From the NCBI GenBank assembly GCA_025980765.1, contig JAICXB010000018.1, positions 1,155 to 65,154 of the forward strand: a stretch of DNA of 64,000 bases, given 5' to 3'. Below, piece by piece: positions 55,742 to 64,000 of the stretch. Origin of the DNA: Terriglobales bacterium. GTDB taxonomy: Bacteria > Acidobacteriota > Terriglobia > Terriglobales > Acidobacteriaceae. The position numbers and the translations under genes are program-made. Within the stretch, counting starts at the first letter, position 1. Each line of letters starts with the position of its first letter. The notes below the pieces were generated by a model. The model was not told the DNA's origin. It saw only the letters and a program-made list of their open reading frames with translations, and did no database searches.

Positions 55742-58700
55742 TCAGAAACTGAACCTTATGCCCAACTGGATCTCGCGTTTCTGAAACGCTGATGTGAAGC
55801 CCAGAGGCTGGCTGGGCGACAGCCGGTTGGTTCCTTGCACGTTGAAGGTGGTAAATCCCGGCTGGAAGCCGAATGCCGGCCCGACTTCGTTGTTCACCGT
55901 GCCGTAGTTCGTGCGGTTGGTGATGTTGAATCCCTCCGCGATCAACTGCACGTTGCTGCCTTCGGTGATTTTGAAGGCGCGCGTCAGGCGCAGATCGAAC
56001 GTGGTGTAGTCAGGTCCCATACCGCTGTTGCGCGGAGCGCCGATGGCGCGATCGTTGGTCGAGTGGCGATCGCCGTTCACATCGGTTCCGCCTGCCAGCA
56101 GATTGAACGGGTGACCACTGTTGTAGCGAATGATGGGCGAGAGCTGGAAGCCGGTGAGGAAGCGATTTTCCGACGGACTGGCCAGCACCGCCGCGACCAC
56201 CACTTTGTGCCTCTGGTCGAAATCCGACAACGCACGCTCCTGCGCGAGATTGGTATTGTCCACCGGACCAAAGTCGCTGTTGAAATCTGTCGAAGTGTCG
56301 AAAGCCTTGCTGTAGGTGTAGTTGCCCATCAGCGTAAAGTGATCGCTGAAGCGCTTCTTGACTTCGATAATGCCGCCCTCGTACAGCGCGGACGCTTTCG
56401 AACTGTATTGGTCGGACTGGAGAATCAACGGGTTTACAAAGCAGCCGAGAATCGCCGCTCCCTGGCAGGGAGCGATACCCAGCGGGTCTTGCAGCGGGCT
56501 GGAATTCCAGTCACGATACGTGACTGTCTGTCCATTCGCCAACCTCGTGGTCACAAATGGGGCAGGCAGGGCATTGGTGTCGATCGCAACCGGCAGCCGC
56601 AGAGTGTGCGAATAGATGAAATTGAGAGAAACGGAAAATCCGGGAGAAATCTCGTTTTCAATTCCAAACGATGCCTGTTCCGAATAGGGATTTTGGTAAT
56701 TGGGTTGACCGCTGAAGAGCACAGTCAACGGCGGCAGCGGACCGGTATTGGCCACGCTGATGCCAAAGGGCGCCAGGTTCGCCGGGGTGATGCAAGCCGC
56801 GTTGCCGGCCGCCGGCGTGGTGCACTGGATCAGTCCCTGGGCGAATAGCGTTTGATAGATTGCGGCCGAGCTGACCGCCGGGTTCAGCGGATCACCGGTA
56901 AGCGGGACCAGCAGGTTCGCGATCTGGCGATTGCCGTTGACGTTGCCCAGCGTCTGCACCACATCGGCAATCTGACCGTACACCTGCGAGTAGAAGATGC
57001 CGAAGCCGCCGCGAATCACCGTCTTGTGGTTGCTAAAGGGATCGTAGGCGAAGGAGAAGCGCGGAGCAATATTGTCCGGATCGCTCGACAGCGCACCATA
57101 TTGGGAATCAAATTCGTAGCGCAAGCCATAATTCAGGGTCAGCTTGGGATTCACCTGCCATTGGTCCTGCGCGTATGCGGCGCTGAACGAGCGCGGATAG
57201 TTGTAGACCGGATTGCCGAAGCCCTGCTCGTAGAACTGCGGCAGTCCCAGCGATGCCGATTGCAGGGCGTTGATGGTGGCAGGGCTGGTGGTTGCCGAAA
57301 GTCCGCAGGCCGCGGGTACCTGCAGGCAGGGACTGACCAGCCCGCCGGGCAGGGAACCGAAGACAAAGCGTCCGGGAAAGAAGGTGTGCGACTCGGTGTG
57401 ATTGCCGCGCACCAGTTGCTCGCCTCCGAACTTGAGGGTGTGCTGCCCGTGGATCAGGGTGAAGTTGTCACTGACCTCGGGACGCCGCATGATGGTCAGG
57501 CTGGGCAGGAAGATGTTGGTTCCCAAATTGGCAAAGCCGGGAATGTCCAGCCCGGGTTCGGCGGGAACGTTGGGGATGACGTTGAAGTCGGTGTAGTTGT
57601 ACTGCCCGCGCAATTCATTCTGCGCCGAGACACCGAACTGGTGGAACCAACCGGCGGCCAGCGTGTGGTAGTACGAGTGAATGGAACTGCCGCGGGAGAA
57701 GCCAACCAGCGATTGCACGTCCGGAGACTCTTCCAAGTCGTGTGCGAAGTTATAGCGGAGCGTCACCAGGTTGGCGTCATTGAAGTGCTGGTCCAGCCGA
57801 ATCGAGGTCAGGTATTCGCGGGTGTCGAAGGGGAACAGTCCACCATTGCTTTCGAGTTGATTCACGAGGAACGGGTCGGAAGCCCTCTTGAAGAGGTTCA
57901 CAAAGGGATTCGCGCCGGGGTTTGGATTCACCGTCAAAATGCTCTGCAGGGCGAACGCGCAGGTTGCTGCCGGCAAATTAATGAAAGTTCCCGCAGGCGC
58001 CGGAGCAGGTGCAGCAAGGCAGGGAACCGTCGCCGCGCCCAGTCCGGCCAATCCTCCGAGAATGGCCGCTTGGTTGTTCTGCGGATCGGCTTCCGGCCGG
58101 AAGATGGCCGTGTTGGTCAGCAGCGGCACAGCGTTCTGCGCATCCTGACGCAGGCCTTCAAAGGCGCCGAACACAAATGTCTTGTCTTTCTTGATAGGAA
58201 AGCCAATGGTCCCGCCGTACTGCTGTCGGCTCAAGGAGTCCTTCACCGGCTGGCCGACGGAATCGGGAGCCAACGGATTGAAGGTTTGTCCTGGCGCCAA
58301 TGCCTGGCTGAAGGAAAACGGATTGCGGGCGTCCAGCGCGTCATTGCGGAAAAACCCGTACAAGCCGCCATGCACCTGGTTGCCGCCGCTCTTGGAGACG
58401 ATGTTGATCGAAGCTCCGCTGGCGCCACCAAGCTCCGCGGAATAGTTGCTGCGATTGACCTGAAATTCCTGCACCGCATCCTGGCTGAGCGTCAATCGAA
58501 CGCCGCCGGAATCGTCGTTAGCTTCGCCGCCATCCACGGTTACGCTGTTGCCGCGTCCATTGCTGCCGTAGAACGACAATCCGCTCTGCGGCGTCTGCTT
58601 CACGCGGAAATCCTGATCGTCGGCTAGCCGAGTGGAATCGGTGACGCCCGGCAGCAGCAGCGTGAAAGTCAGGTAGTCGCGACGGTCAATCGGCAAATCG

Positions 58701-59137
58701 GTGATGTAACGTTGCTCAATCGTGTCCGCCTGCTTGCCCTGGGTGGTGTCGATCACCGGCGCTTCGGCGGTGACGATCACCTCCGTCGAGGCCTGCGCCA
58801 CCTTGAGCTGAAAGTCGGAGGTGGTAGTTTGGCCGACGCTGACGATCACGCCCTTGCGCACTTCAGTCCCAAATCCGGAAACCTGGGCGGAGACATCATA
58901 GGTCGCGGGCGGCAAGTTGGGGACGCGGAATTGACCGGTGGCGTCCGTGGTGGCGGTGCGCTTTAGCCCGGTTTGCGCGTCCAACGCGCTCACGCTCACA
59001 TTCGGCAGCACCGCGCCGGAAGGATCGGTGATCGTCCCGCGAATGTCGCCCGACGCGCCCACACCCTGCGCGAAGGCCAGGGTGGCGCTCAAGAAGATCC
59101 AGAAAAAGGTTGATATCAGCTTCTGTCCGTAATTCAT
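55742..59137 (-). CDS. TonB-dependent receptor with an N-terminal CarboxypepD_reg-like domain
   Basis: 1131 aa. Signal peptide, then GTITDPSGAVLPNVSVSA...TGQFRVPNLPPATY, a plug, a long beta-barrel and a terminal aromatic (..IRFSF). Confidence 0.9.
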   Translation of the reverse strand: MNYGQKLISTFFWIFLSATLAFAQGVGASGDIRGTITDPSGAVLPNVSVSALDAQTGLKRTATTDATGQFRVPNLPPATYDVSAQVSGFGTEVRKGVIVSVGQTTTSDFQLKVAQASTEVIVTAEAPVIDTTQGKQADTIEQRYITDLPIDRRDYLTFTLLLPGVTDSTRLADDQDFRVKQTPQSGLSFYGSNGRGNSVTVDGGEANDDSGGVRLTLSQDAVQEFQVNRSNYSAELGGASGASINIVSKSGGNQVHGGLYGFFRNDALDARNPFSFSQALAPGQTFNPLAPDSVGQPVKDSLSRQQYGGTIGFPIKKDKTFVFGAFEGLRQDAQNAVPLLTNTAIFRPEADPQNNQAAILGGLAGLGAATVPCLAAPAPAPAGTFINLPAATCAFALQSILTVNPNPGANPFVNLFKRASDPFLVNQLESNGGLFPFDTREYLTSIRLDQHFNDANLVTLRYNFAHDLEESPDVQSLVGFSRGSSIHSYYHTLAAGWFHQFGVSAQNELRGQYNYTDFNVIPNVPAEPGLDIPGFANLGTNIFLPSLTIMRRPEVSDNFTLIHGQHTLKFGGEQLVRGNHTESHTFFPGRFVFGSLPGGLVSPCLQVPAACGLSATTSPATINALQSASLGLPQFYEQGFGNPVYNYPRSFSAAYAQDQWQVNPKLTLNYGLRYEFDSQYGALSSDPDNIAPRFSFAYDPFSNHKTVIRGGFGIFYSQVYGQIADVVQTLGNVNGNRQIANLLVPLTGDPLNPAVSSAAIYQTLFAQGLIQCTTPAAGNAACITPANLAPFGISVANTGPLPPLTVLFSGQPNYQNPYSEQASFGIENEISPGFSVSLNFIYSHTLRLPVAIDTNALPAPFVTTRLANGQTVTYRDWNSSPLQDPLGIAPCQGAAILGCFVNPLILQSDQYSSKASALYEGGIIEVKKRFSDHFTLMGNYTYSKAFDTSTDFNSDFGPVDNTNLAQERALSDFDQRHKVVVAAVLASPSENRFLTGFQLSPIIRYNSGHPFNLLAGGTDVNGDRHSTNDRAIGAPRNSGMGPDYTTFDLRLTRAFKITEGSNVQLIAEGFNITNRTNYGTVNNEVGPAFGFQPGFTTFNVQGTNRLSPSQPLGFTSAFQKREIQLGIRFSF

Positions 59138-59207
59138 AAAGACTCCCTATGCAGCCAGAATTGATAAAGCCCGGCCTTAAGGCCGGCATTCAATCGTTAC
59201 GCAAAAA

Positions 59208-59405
59208 CTGTCATCCTGACGAGTGACTATGTCCGCATCGCGGACGTAGTCGCGAGGAGGAAGGATCTCGGCGAAATGCTTCGGTTGCATTTTGTAGTGG
59301 GAACTCTTCGACCACGGATTCTGGTTGAGGAGCCTTGCACACACCAATTTCATCCGAAATATCCCAGGAGATCCTTCGCCCGCTGCGCGGGCTTCAGGAT
59401 GACAG
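59208..59405. mobile_element. 198-bp non-autonomous derivative of the GIY-YIG element
   Basis: Perfect 12-bp termini ctgtcatcctga / tcaggatgacag and an inner ggaaggatctc / gagatccttc pair. The interior encodes LLNQNPWSKSSHYKMQ on the minus strand, resembling LIERQNPRWEDLYSHMDKQ of the full copy. Confidence 0.6.
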
Positions 59406-59458
59406 CTCAAAGAACTTAGACTCTCGCCCACCTCGGCAATCCCCCCGTCTTGCGTCCT

Positions 59459-60184
59459 TCACGACGTCATTGACAACACCCGCGGCATCTTCCTGCGCGC
59501 GACCGGTGCCTTGCCATTGCTCCTCGATTTCAAAGAACGCGTTTCGTGCGAACTCCACAATCCGCCGGAAAGCAGTTGAATGAACTTGTCCATCGCCTGC
59601 TCGTCGGAGACGCCAAGATGACGATTGCCCTGCAGCAATTTCTCGATCAGGAAATAGGTGATGACGTGCAGATAAATCGTCGCAAACGCGAATGCCGGGT
59701 CCTGTCCGCACCAACCCGGTTGGCGCTTGGCCTTGCTCAGCACCGGCCCGAGGCGGCTGCGAAACTGTTCCGGCATGTTGTGGAACCACTCGGCAAAATG
59801 CTGGTTCTTGAACTCGATGGCATCGATATACATCAGCAGCCAGAATTCGGCGTGGTTATACACATATCCGCGAATTTCGCTGGTGAACTTCTTCAGATCG
59901 CTTTTGGAGAAGATGTCCTCCAGGCTGCTGAACATCTGGTCGCGCAACTGCTCCATATGCGCCTTGTAGTTGCGCACCAGCGTCACATAGAGCGCCTCTT
60001 TCGTCGGATAGTAGGTGTAAATCGCCCCTACCGAGACCTCGGCATGCTCCGCGATTTCGCGGATGTTGGTCCCGTGAAATCCCTGTTTCGTAAACAGTTC
60101 CAGCGCCGCCGTCTCGATGCGGCGCTGGTTCTCCAGAATGCGGTTTTGGGCAATCTTGGGCACGGAAAATGAATGTTTGTTCAA
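59459..60184 (-). CDS. TetR/AcrR family transcriptional regulator
   Basis: N-terminal HTH AALELFTKQGFHGTNIREIAEHAEVSVGAIYTYYPTKEALY. Confidence 0.9.
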   Translation of the reverse strand: MNKHSFSVPKIAQNRILENQRRIETAALELFTKQGFHGTNIREIAEHAEVSVGAIYTYYPTKEALYVTLVRNYKAHMEQLRDQMFSSLEDIFSKSDLKKFTSEIRGYVYNHAEFWLLMYIDAIEFKNQHFAEWFHNMPEQFRSRLGPVLSKAKRQPGWCGQDPAFAFATIYLHVITYFLIEKLLQGNRHLGVSDEQAMDKFIQLLSGGLWSSHETRSLKSRSNGKAPVARRKMPRVLSMTS

Positions 60185-60287
60185 AAAACGAGCGTTCGCC
60201 TTTTATTACAGTAGTATTCCCAAGTCAAGGAGTTTTTATGCACAGCGCGAGCTGAGGTGGGAGGAAGAAGCAAAAGCAACTGCCTTA

Positions 60288-60454
60288 CCACGGATTGCAC
60301 GGATGTCACGGATTCAGCGGATAAAGCCTGGGAGAGTGACAAATCATTTCCGGGCGTCGAAACAAAAGTCTCTTCCGCGACATTCAATCGGAAACGAAGA
60401 ATCACACCCGATAAAAATTCATCCGTGCGATCCGTGACATCCGTGTAATCCGTG
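60288..60454. repeat. (CACGGAT)4 ... (ATCCGTG)4 inverted heptamer-repeat element in the TetR/SDR divergent promoter region
   Basis: The left arm 60288-60322 is ccacggattgcacggatgtcacggattcagcggat. The right arm 60421-60454 is atccgtgcgatccgtgacatccgtgtaatccgtg. Confidence 0.8.
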
Positions 60455-60485
60455 ATAGAGCTTTTGCGTTTGATTTTGGAGGCAC

Positions 60486-61274
60486 ATGCAAATACGAGAC
60501 AAAGTGGTTGTAGTCACGGGCGGTGGGAACGGCATCGGACGTGCCTTGTGCCGGCGCTTTGCGGCTGAAGGCGCGCGTGCCGTTGTGGTCGCCGATCGTA
60601 AGAGCGCAGACGCGGAAGCAGTTGCGAAAGAGATCTCCGGAATTGCCCTTCCCACCGACGTTGCCGAGGAAGCCGCGGTCAAACAGCTGGTCCAGCGGGT
60701 CATCCAGCAGCATGGAGCCATTGATCTCTTCTGCTCGAACGCCGGTTTGGGTGTTGCCGGAGGCTCCGAAGCCTCGGATTCTGACTGGCAGAGAAGTTGG
60801 GAAGTGAACGTGATGGCGCACGTCTACGCCGCGCGTGCGGTGCTGCCGGCGATGCTGGCTCGCGGCGAAGGATATCTGCTGCAGACGGTCTCGGCAGCCG
60901 GACTGCTCACGCAAATCGGCTCAGCTCCCTACTCGGTCACAAAACATGCCGCGCTGGGATTCGCGGAATGGATCGCGATTACCCATGGCGATCAGGGCAT
61001 CAAAGTGTCTGCGCTATGTCCGATGGGAGTTCGCACCAACATGCTCTTTGAGGCGCAATTCGCCGGCGGCGCATTTCTGCTGGAAACTGCAGTGGAACCC
61101 GAGCGGGTAGCAGACGATGTGATCAAAGGCCTGGCGGAAGAACGCTTCCTGATTCTGCCGCATTCCGAAGTCGCAGAGTTCTTCCGTCGCAAAGCCAACG
61201 ACTATGATCGCTGGATTAAAGGTATGCGTAAGCTGCAGGCCAGCACGCAAGTGTTGCAGCCGAGCGGGAGATAG
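60486..61274 (+). CDS. SDR family oxidoreductase
   Basis: [12 protein letters not shown] Rossmann motif and YSVTKHA catalytic YxxxK. Confidence 0.85.
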   Translation: MQIRDKVVVVTGGGNGIGRALCRRFAAEGARAVVVADRKSADAEAVAKEISGIALPTDVAEEAAVKQLVQRVIQQHGAIDLFCSNAGLGVAGGSEASDSDWQRSWEVNVMAHVYAARAVLPAMLARGEGYLLQTVSAAGLLTQIGSAPYSVTKHAALGFAEWIAITHGDQGIKVSALCPMGVRTNMLFEAQFAGGAFLLETAVEPERVADDVIKGLAEERFLILPHSEVAEFFRRKANDYDRWIKGMRKLQASTQVLQPSGR

Positions 61275-61378
61275 CCGCTCCCGGCCCCTGCTGCCGGGGC
61301 AATTTCGACCTGTGTTGTTCCTGGTCCGCGCTCGTCGGATGCTAGACACGAGGAATACTTGAAGAAGCTGGTCGGCGT

Positions 61379-62068
61379 TTAGATGGCCAGAAGTCCTCTG
61401 CGGATCCCTATGCTTACCGCCTCGGTGCGCGAGGAGGCGCCCAGTTTTCCCAAAACGGAACTGATGTGGAATTTTACTGCGTTCTCCGAGATGGACATGC
61501 GGGCTGAGATTTCCTTGTTCGAGAGGCCTTCGGCCATGAGGACCAGCACCTGTTGCTCGCGATCGGTTAAATGTTCGGCTGGGATGGAGCTCGCGTGAGT
61601 GTCTTCGGTGAAGCTCTTGTGCACGACTTGCAGGCCGTTCTGGACGGCGCGCAGGGCGGATTCAAGTTCGTCGCCGCCAATATTCAGCGGAATTATGCCG
61701 GCAATTCCTGCTCGCAGTAGCCCGAAGATGGCGCTTCGGGGCATGTTCTCGACGCAACAGACCACGCAAAGGCGCTTCGCGAGCACTTCGAGCAACGTAA
61801 ACGGCAGCTTATCGGCGCTTATTAGCAGGATTTCTGCATCGATTTTGCGCTTAAGCAGCTCTTCCGGACACATTTCCAGCGGTATCAGGCGCAGCCAATC
61901 AAGTTTCTTTATCAGCGATTTGAGTCGAGAATGCGCTTGCGGCGAGCCTCCGGCGATCAAGACTGAGGGTCTTGCTGCGTGGAACGCCGTCAGAATGGGC
62001 CTGGTCTCGGCCTTTTCCGCTGCCAAATGCATCGACAGATCAGTCTCAATCACCGGAATCACCCGCAT
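61379..62068 (-). CDS. LuxR/NarL-type HTH regulator with a degenerate receiver-like N-terminal domain
   Basis: C-terminal LTDREQQVLVLMAEGLSNKEISARMSISENAVKFHISSVLGKLG. The N-terminal domain lacks a canonical DD...D pocket. Confidence 0.75.
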   Translation of the reverse strand: MRVIPVIETDLSMHLAAEKAETRPILTAFHAARPSVLIAGGSPQAHSRLKSLIKKLDWLRLIPLEMCPEELLKRKIDAEILLISADKLPFTLLEVLAKRLCVVCCVENMPRSAIFGLLRAGIAGIIPLNIGGDELESALRAVQNGLQVVHKSFTEDTHASSIPAEHLTDREQQVLVLMAEGLSNKEISARMSISENAVKFHISSVLGKLGASSRTEAVSIGIRRGLLAI

Positions 62069-62077
62069 TGGATGTGA

Positions 62078-62995
62078 TCAGCGCTGAGGACGGTCCGCGA
62101 CTTTCACCCTTGCGGTCGCGGTTTTGCCACCGCGAACATAGGTTAGATCGAGTGAATCGCCGCGTTTCAGCTCTCTTAGCGCTGCCTGCAGATGCTCAAC
62201 TCCGCTGATCTGGCTGCCTTTCACGCCGGTAATGATGTCTCCCAGCATGATTCCGGCTTGCGCGCTGGGGCTTCCGGGCTCCACGTTCATCACCATCAGG
62301 CCGATAGGGTTGATCTTCAGCTCGGATACCAGCGCTTGCGGCAGCTCAACCGGCTGCATCGCGATGCCTAAATAAGGGCGAAAGACGTGTCCGTGCGCCA
62401 GAATTTCGTCCACCACGCGATTAATAGTGGCTGCGGGAACGGTAATTGCGGCTCCGCGTGCCAGTGCCGAGGTGTTCATGCCGAGAAAACGGCCGCTTGA
62501 ATCCACCAATGCGCTGCCCGATTGCCCGGGATAGAGCGTAATGTCTGGGCGAATGAGGCGATCCAGATGTCCTCCGCGCCATGTTCGCCACTCAGAACCC
62601 AGCCGGGCGATGATTCCTGCGCTTGCGGCGAGGTCTCCGAGGCCGGAACGGCCGATTCCGAGCACCCATTGTCCTACTCGCAATGCGCTTGAGGACGCGG
62701 TTTCGATGCTTGCTGACCCGGATTTGCCTTCGATTTTCAAGATGGCGAGGTCCGTTCCGGGATCTCGCCCGGCAAAAGTGGCGGGAGATTCGCTCTTATG
62801 GGACATTACTAGTGTGATTTCTTCTGTTCTCCGCAGCATATGACTGGCGGTAATCACAATTCCCGCGCGCCACAAGATGCCAGAAGCGGCGAGCCGAGCG
62901 CCGCCTTGCACGGCGACAACGGATCTTCCTGCCTTCTCGGCTGCTTCGGCGAATTGATTTGATAGCGTGTCCCACTCTGTATATGCGCTTGCCAT
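62078..62995 (-). CDS. S1C (HtrA/DegP-like) serine protease with a C-terminal PDZ domain and no obvious signal peptide
   Basis: ATG at 62993-62995. Catalytic GQSGSALVD and a PDZ-like GIMLGDIITGV. Lies 9 nt upstream of the LuxR-type gene. Confidence 0.8.
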   Translation of the reverse strand: MASAYTEWDTLSNQFAEAAEKAGRSVVAVQGGARLAASGILWRAGIVITASHMLRRTEEITLVMSHKSESPATFAGRDPGTDLAILKIEGKSGSASIETASSSALRVGQWVLGIGRSGLGDLAASAGIIARLGSEWRTWRGGHLDRLIRPDITLYPGQSGSALVDSSGRFLGMNTSALARGAAITVPAATINRVVDEILAHGHVFRPYLGIAMQPVELPQALVSELKINPIGLMVMNVEPGSPSAQAGIMLGDIITGVKGSQISGVEHLQAALRELKRGDSLDLTYVRGGKTATARVKVADRPQR

Positions 62996-63218
62996 GATGA
63001 AATCACTCCAATTTCGAACTTCTGGGTGAAGTATTTCGCTTTGCAAGAGGCGGCACATCTGCCAAATGGGTGGGAATTTGCGCTTTAGCGAAGTGGAGTT
63101 TGTGCGCTTGGTGGACGTAGTGGTCGGCTTGCGAGATGGAATTTACGGCTAAAGTTCTCGCCGAAAGCCGCTGGCTGATAGCCGAAAGCCCGGTTCTCGT
63201 GTTGTATTCTGCCTTTGA

Positions 63219-64000
63219 GTGACATTTGAGCTCTTCATTGCGGCGCGGTATCTGCGGGCAAAGCGCCGTCAAGCGGTGATTGGAGTGGTCACCGCGATCT
63301 CAATTATTGGTGTTGCCGCCGGCGTGGCGTCTTTGGTTATCGCGTTAGCGATCAATAATGGCTTTCGGCAGGACCTGCAAAACCGGCTTTTGGGCTCCAC
63401 TGCGCACGTAAGTCTGGAGCGCGCGCAGGGAGATGGCATTCGCGATTGGCGTCCGCTGCTGGAAAAAATGCAGCACGAGCCGCATGTAGTCGCTGCATCG
63501 CCGGCTTTGTACGAGCAAGTGCTGGTTTCGCGGGGAGCACGGGCGCGTGGACTGCTGCTGAAAGGCATCATTCCGCGCTATGAATCGCGGGTGAGCGACT
63601 TCTTAAAGTCGGTCAACTACGGCTCCGCCGAGGCCTTGAGAGCTGATGAGGGATTCGTAAACGGCGCGCAAAACGCGCAGGAATCTCCTGAAAATTCGTT
63701 TCCGCCGATCGTGCTGGGCCGCGATTTAGCCGAGGATCTTGGCGCTACCGTGGGATCGGTGGTGCTGGTCACCAGCCCACAGGGCGAGCTTACGCCGTAT
63801 GGACTGGTTCCAAAATACAAACGTTTCCGCGTTGTTGGGCTGTTCAAGTCAGGTTTTTACGATTACGACAGCTCCTGGGGGCTCATCCGGCTGGAAGATG
63901 CGCAGGCGCTTTTCGGCCTGGGAGACATAATTTCGATTATCGAGATGAAGATTGACGACATCTACAAAGCCCCCCAAGTCGGTACTGAGATTGAGAATGC
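63219..64000 (+). CDS. LolC/LolE-family (FtsX-type) lipoprotein-releasing system permease, 3' end outside the window
   Basis: GTG at 63219. VTFELFIAARYLRAKRRQAVIGVVTAISIIGVAAGVASLVIALAINNGF... is the typical LolC/E N-terminus. The frame stays open to the window end, so it is not in the ORF track. Confidence 0.8.
   Translation, partial: MTFELFIAARYLRAKRRQAVIGVVTAISIIGVAAGVASLVIALAINNGFRQDLQNRLLGSTAHVSLERAQGDGIRDWRPLLEKMQHEPHVVAASPALYEQVLVSRGARARGLLLKGIIPRYESRVSDFLKSVNYGSAEALRADEGFVNGAQNAQESPENSFPPIVLGRDLAEDLGATVGSVVLVTSPQGELTPYGLVPKYKRFRVVGLFKSGFYDYDSSWGLIRLEDAQALFGLGDIISIIEMKIDDIYKAPQVGTEIEN

Overview
This is a moderately GC-rich bacterial chromosomal segment. I assign it to Acidobacteriota from gene content: a PadR regulator paired with an ADOP-type duplicated FtsX permease, a CarboxypepD_reg-type TonB-dependent receptor, and several ECF sigma modules. 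It holds about 60 protein genes and one tRNA (initiator tRNA-Met). There is no rRNA, CRISPR array, cas gene or recognisable classical defence system. Content is housekeeping (glmS, hisS, ppa, purS, rlmB, thiolase), signalling (a 1197-aa multi-PAS hybrid kinase, REC-PP2C, HAMP-cyclase, a LytTR regulator, two ECF sigma modules) and a seven-gene acyl-CoA operon. Main observations: (1) A rhodanese gene has an in-frame TGA in its active-site loop, followed by a SECIS-like hairpin, so it is a candidate selenoprotein that ORF calling truncates. (2) A family of GTCATCCTGA...TCAGGATGAC inverted-repeat elements occurs as a 463-bp copy carrying a GIY-YIG nuclease gene inserted inside an operon, a 198-bp derivative keeping only the gene 3' end, and an 83-bp hairpin, which looks like an autonomous/MITE-like series. 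(3) An operon encodes the APH-kinase and ACAD10/11-type dehydrogenase as separate genes, alongside a histidine phosphatase, a PTGR1/CurA-type reductase, FadB and an acyl-CoA ligase, suggesting 4-hydroxy-acid catabolism. (4) An exceptionally regular 14-bp repeat array (5 forward, 6 reverse copies) lies in front of the LytTR regulator gene, and many other intergenic hairpins have arms built from tandem short units. (5) An ECF sigma factor is translationally coupled to a protein with three VOC domains. (6) An unannotated 51-codon secreted-peptide ORF heads an operon with a 7-TM protein. (7) Two genes are broken by 1-nt shifts at TTT/AAA runs. Start codons were refined from the ORF track where an RBS or a stop/start overlap supported it. 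All functional calls rest on motif recognition by eye, not on database searches.
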